Shown piece after piece: positions 55,913 through 64,000 of a DNA stretch of 64,000 bases. The notes beneath the pieces are model-generated. The model had not been told where the DNA came from and ran no database searches. It worked only from the letters and a program-made list of their open reading frames with translations. The stretch is from the human T2T-CHM13v2.0 reference genome, Homo sapiens: the NCBI RefSeq assembly GCF_009914755.1, contig NC_060926.1. One strand, given 5' to 3'. Both the position numbers and the translations under genes were made by a program. Each line of letters starts with the position of its first letter. Positions within the stretch are counted from its first letter, which is position 1.

Positions 55913-56994
55913 ATAGGATCACAGATCACTGTAAAATAATAGTCATTTGTTTAGCCAAAGTGATAATTAAAAGATTTCATAAAGCAAAAACCTTTACTCT
56001 CCCCAAATTCCTATATCCATTTCATTTTATCTACCTTTTTTAATTCCTGCAATTTAAAACAACCTTTATATACCTCTAAACTAAGAAAAATTACTTTTCC
56101 TGTAACAAAACTGCACTGACATATCTTCTTTAATAACCTTCACCAAAACACATTTTATTTTCTTTATACACTATATAGAATTGTTTCTTTTATATCTAGT
56201 CCTTTTAACCACATATGTTAACTATAATATTAACTCTTAGTAACCCTAATTTCTAGTGAAAGATCTAGGAAATAATCTTGAACTGTTTTATAACAGTATT
56301 TGTAGATGAAAATCATTTCATAATGTTTTAAAAAGATGTTTCCTCAATTTTTTTGTTAATTGACAGATCTAAACATTTAGATTTTCTCATATAAATATGA
56401 CAAATTATATGAACTTAAACTCATGTTAAATGTTTCAGTGTTTTAGTTAAAAGTAACAGACATTTTTATAATTATCAATTATTTGACTTCAAGATTTTAA
56501 ATTACTGAAAATAATTCTGAAACTATTACATAGGTACCCTCCCTACCTAACATCTTCTTAAGTCACATGACACATAGGACAGCAGTGAAAGGCAAGATCT
56601 GTCTGGGTCATGAATTTAAACATTAGTTGTAGAGCTCAGGATGGAAGACAGAGCTGTGAGGAGGATTCCTGGGGGATCCTACTCCCTTTCATCATGGCCA
56701 GGAGGCACAGGTGCTGAAGACACACATGTGTTTGTAGGTCTCACCATGGCTACTTTTCTACACCACAGAATCTAAAGACTCAAAACCAAAGACATAAGTT
56801 CCAGAAATATCAAACTATCAAAAATGTCACAGAAGCAACAATTTTATAGCCTTAAAACAACTAGCACAGACAGCACAAACCTGTTTGACCAATAGATCCA
56901 GGTAAAAACATACGAACTATATTTAATATTGACAGTTCTGAAGATGTTCAAATTTCATTTTATCAACAATTTAAAAACTAGGGTTTTCTTTTTG

Positions 56995-57890
56995 TTTTTG
57001 TTTTTTACAAATTTTATTTTAAAACTTTTGTTTTAGATTCAGGGACTACATATGCAAGTTCATTACATGGGTATGTTGTGTGATGCTGACACTTGGGGTA
57101 TGATTGATCCCTTCATCCAGGTAGTTCGCATAGTACCCAATAGGTAGTTTTTCAATATTTACTCGCTTTCTTTCCTCCCCCTTCTGGTAGTCCCCAGTGT
57201 CTACTGTTTTCATCTTTATGCCTATGTGTTTCCAGTGTTTAGCTCCCACTTATAAATGAGAACATGTGGTATTTGGTTTTCTGTTTCTGTATTAATTTGC
57301 CTAGGATAATGGCCTCTAGCTGCATCCATGTTGTTGTAAAGGCCATGATTTTGTTCCTTTTTATGAATGTGTAGTATTCCATGATGTACATTTACTATAG
57401 TTTCATTATCCAGTCCACAGTTGATAGGCACTTAGGTTTACTCCATGTCTTTGCTATTATGAATAGTGCTGCAATGAACATAAAAGTGCATATATCTTTC
57501 AAGTGGAGTGATTTATTTCCCTTTTGGTATATATCCAATAATGGAATTACTGGGTTGAATGGTAGTTCCTTTTTTTAGCTCTTTAAGAAATGTCCAAACT
57601 GCTTTCCACGGTGGCTGAACTAATTTCATTCCCATCAATAGTTTATATGTGTTCCCTTTTCTCTTCAGGCTTGCCAGCATGTCATCTCTTGAGGTTTTAG
57701 TCATAGTCATTCTGACTGGTGTTAGATAGTGTCTCATTGTGGTTTTGATTTGGATTTCTCTGATGATTACTGATATGTAGCATTTTTTTCATTTTTTTTT
57801 TGGCCACTTGTATGTATTCTTTTGAGAAATGTCTCTTCATGTCATTTGCCCACTTTTTAATGGGATTGTTTTTTGTTGTTATTGACTTGT
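56995..57890 (-). mobile_element. L1PB/L1PA-old type 3' end
   Basis: tttagctcccacttataaatgagaacatgtggtatttgg; ggtggctgaactaatt. Confidence 0.88.
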
Positions 57891-58077
57891 AAAACTACTT
57901 TTGTTTGCCGAAAATTACAAAACTCACATGAATTTGAAAAGCATTTGAACTTATTTACTCAATTTATGAGCACTTATTTATTTATTAAGTTAATGTAATA
58001 CTATGTAGGCAGTATACAAACACACATGTACACACATGTGCACATAAAATACAGGCAAACATAAAGACTTTATAGCT

Positions 58078-58378
58078 GCTGGGCATGGTGGCTCACGCCT
58101 GTAATCCTAGCACTTTGGGAGGCCGAGGCAGGAGGACTGCCTGAGCTCAGGAGTCTGAGACCAGCCTGGGCAACGCAGTGAAACCCCATCTCTACTAAAA
58201 TACAAAAAAAGAATTAGCTGGGCATGGTGGCATGTGCCTCTAGTCCCAGCTGTTAGGGAGGTTGAGGCAGGAGAATTCCTGAACCCAGGAGGTGGAGGTT
58301 GCAGTGAGCTGAGATCGCACCACTGCACTCTAGCCTGGGTGACAGAGCGAGACTCTGTCTCTTAAAAAAAAAAAAAAA
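58078..58378 (+). mobile_element. Alu
   Basis: Alu consensus; TSD aaagactttatagct. Confidence 0.93.
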
Positions 58379-58619
58379 GACTTTATAGCTTTGATTTTAA
58401 AATTTTAGCCACGAGTCAGGTAAAACTCACTAGTTAGATTAAACTCTGTCTCTGTAAATGGAATAGATTACAGTTTATCTGTTGCATGAGCGCAAAGCAC
58501 TTGCCAAGTTTTAGAGAAAACAGGATACAAACTTACATCTCGAATTTGGCACAGAGAAAAAATGTAGGCATTTTTAAGGAGTTTAGGTGTTTTGGAGGAA
58601 GATGATAATTGGATGCCAT

Positions 58620-64000
<5,381 letters not shown>

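Larger units (their letters stand above)
52093..56540 (-). mobile_element. Decayed ERV1 (MER4-group) provirus: LTR ~52093-52610 plus internal sequence with integrase C-terminal remnant
   Basis: ORF 53226-53456 contains FQPGDFVFWK..LQPCWKGPYQVLLTNP, the class I integrase GPY/F module; interrupted by THE1 and LTR12. Confidence 0.7.

Noticed and set aside
55311-55922. 203-aa ORF and CpG-island-like segment as a gene start
   Set aside because: Lies within the GC-rich U3 of LTR12, where long stop-poor frames are expected.

Overview
Primate (almost certainly human) genomic DNA, not prokaryotic. The only host protein-coding sequence I can support is the terminal exon of ARL6IP6 on the + strand (acceptor AG at 10302-10303, CDS 10304-10397, [30 protein letters not shown]), followed by an AT-rich 3'UTR of about 1.1 kb. 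If that recognition is right, 1-10303 is the last intron and the locus is human 2q23.3. The remaining ~52 kb is intergenic and dominated by transposable elements: more than 20 Alu/FLAM copies, L1 of several ages, MIR/L2/CR1, DNA transposons (MER2, Tigger3a, MER20, MER5), many solo LTRs (MER51-, LTR13-, MLT2A-, LTR5-, LTR1-, MER50-, MER39-, LTR8-, MER66-, MER34-, LTR12-like), a two-LTR THE1/MST MaLR provirus, and decayed ERVL and ERV1 internal sequence. Nearly all ORF-track entries are repeat-derived artefacts. I found no convincing novel biological system. The most interesting observations are local: an apparent L1 3' transduction, a patchwork of tandem and inverted templated copies at ~30.1 kb, a sense-oriented intronic LTR13 carrying a CTCF motif and a poly(A) signal, an MLT2A LTR that appears to have lost its DUX4 site, a perfect 17-bp hairpin, and an unidentified coding-like fragment at ~39 kb. 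Repeat subfamily names come from remembered consensus sequences and were not computed. Boundaries without a stated TSD are approximate.
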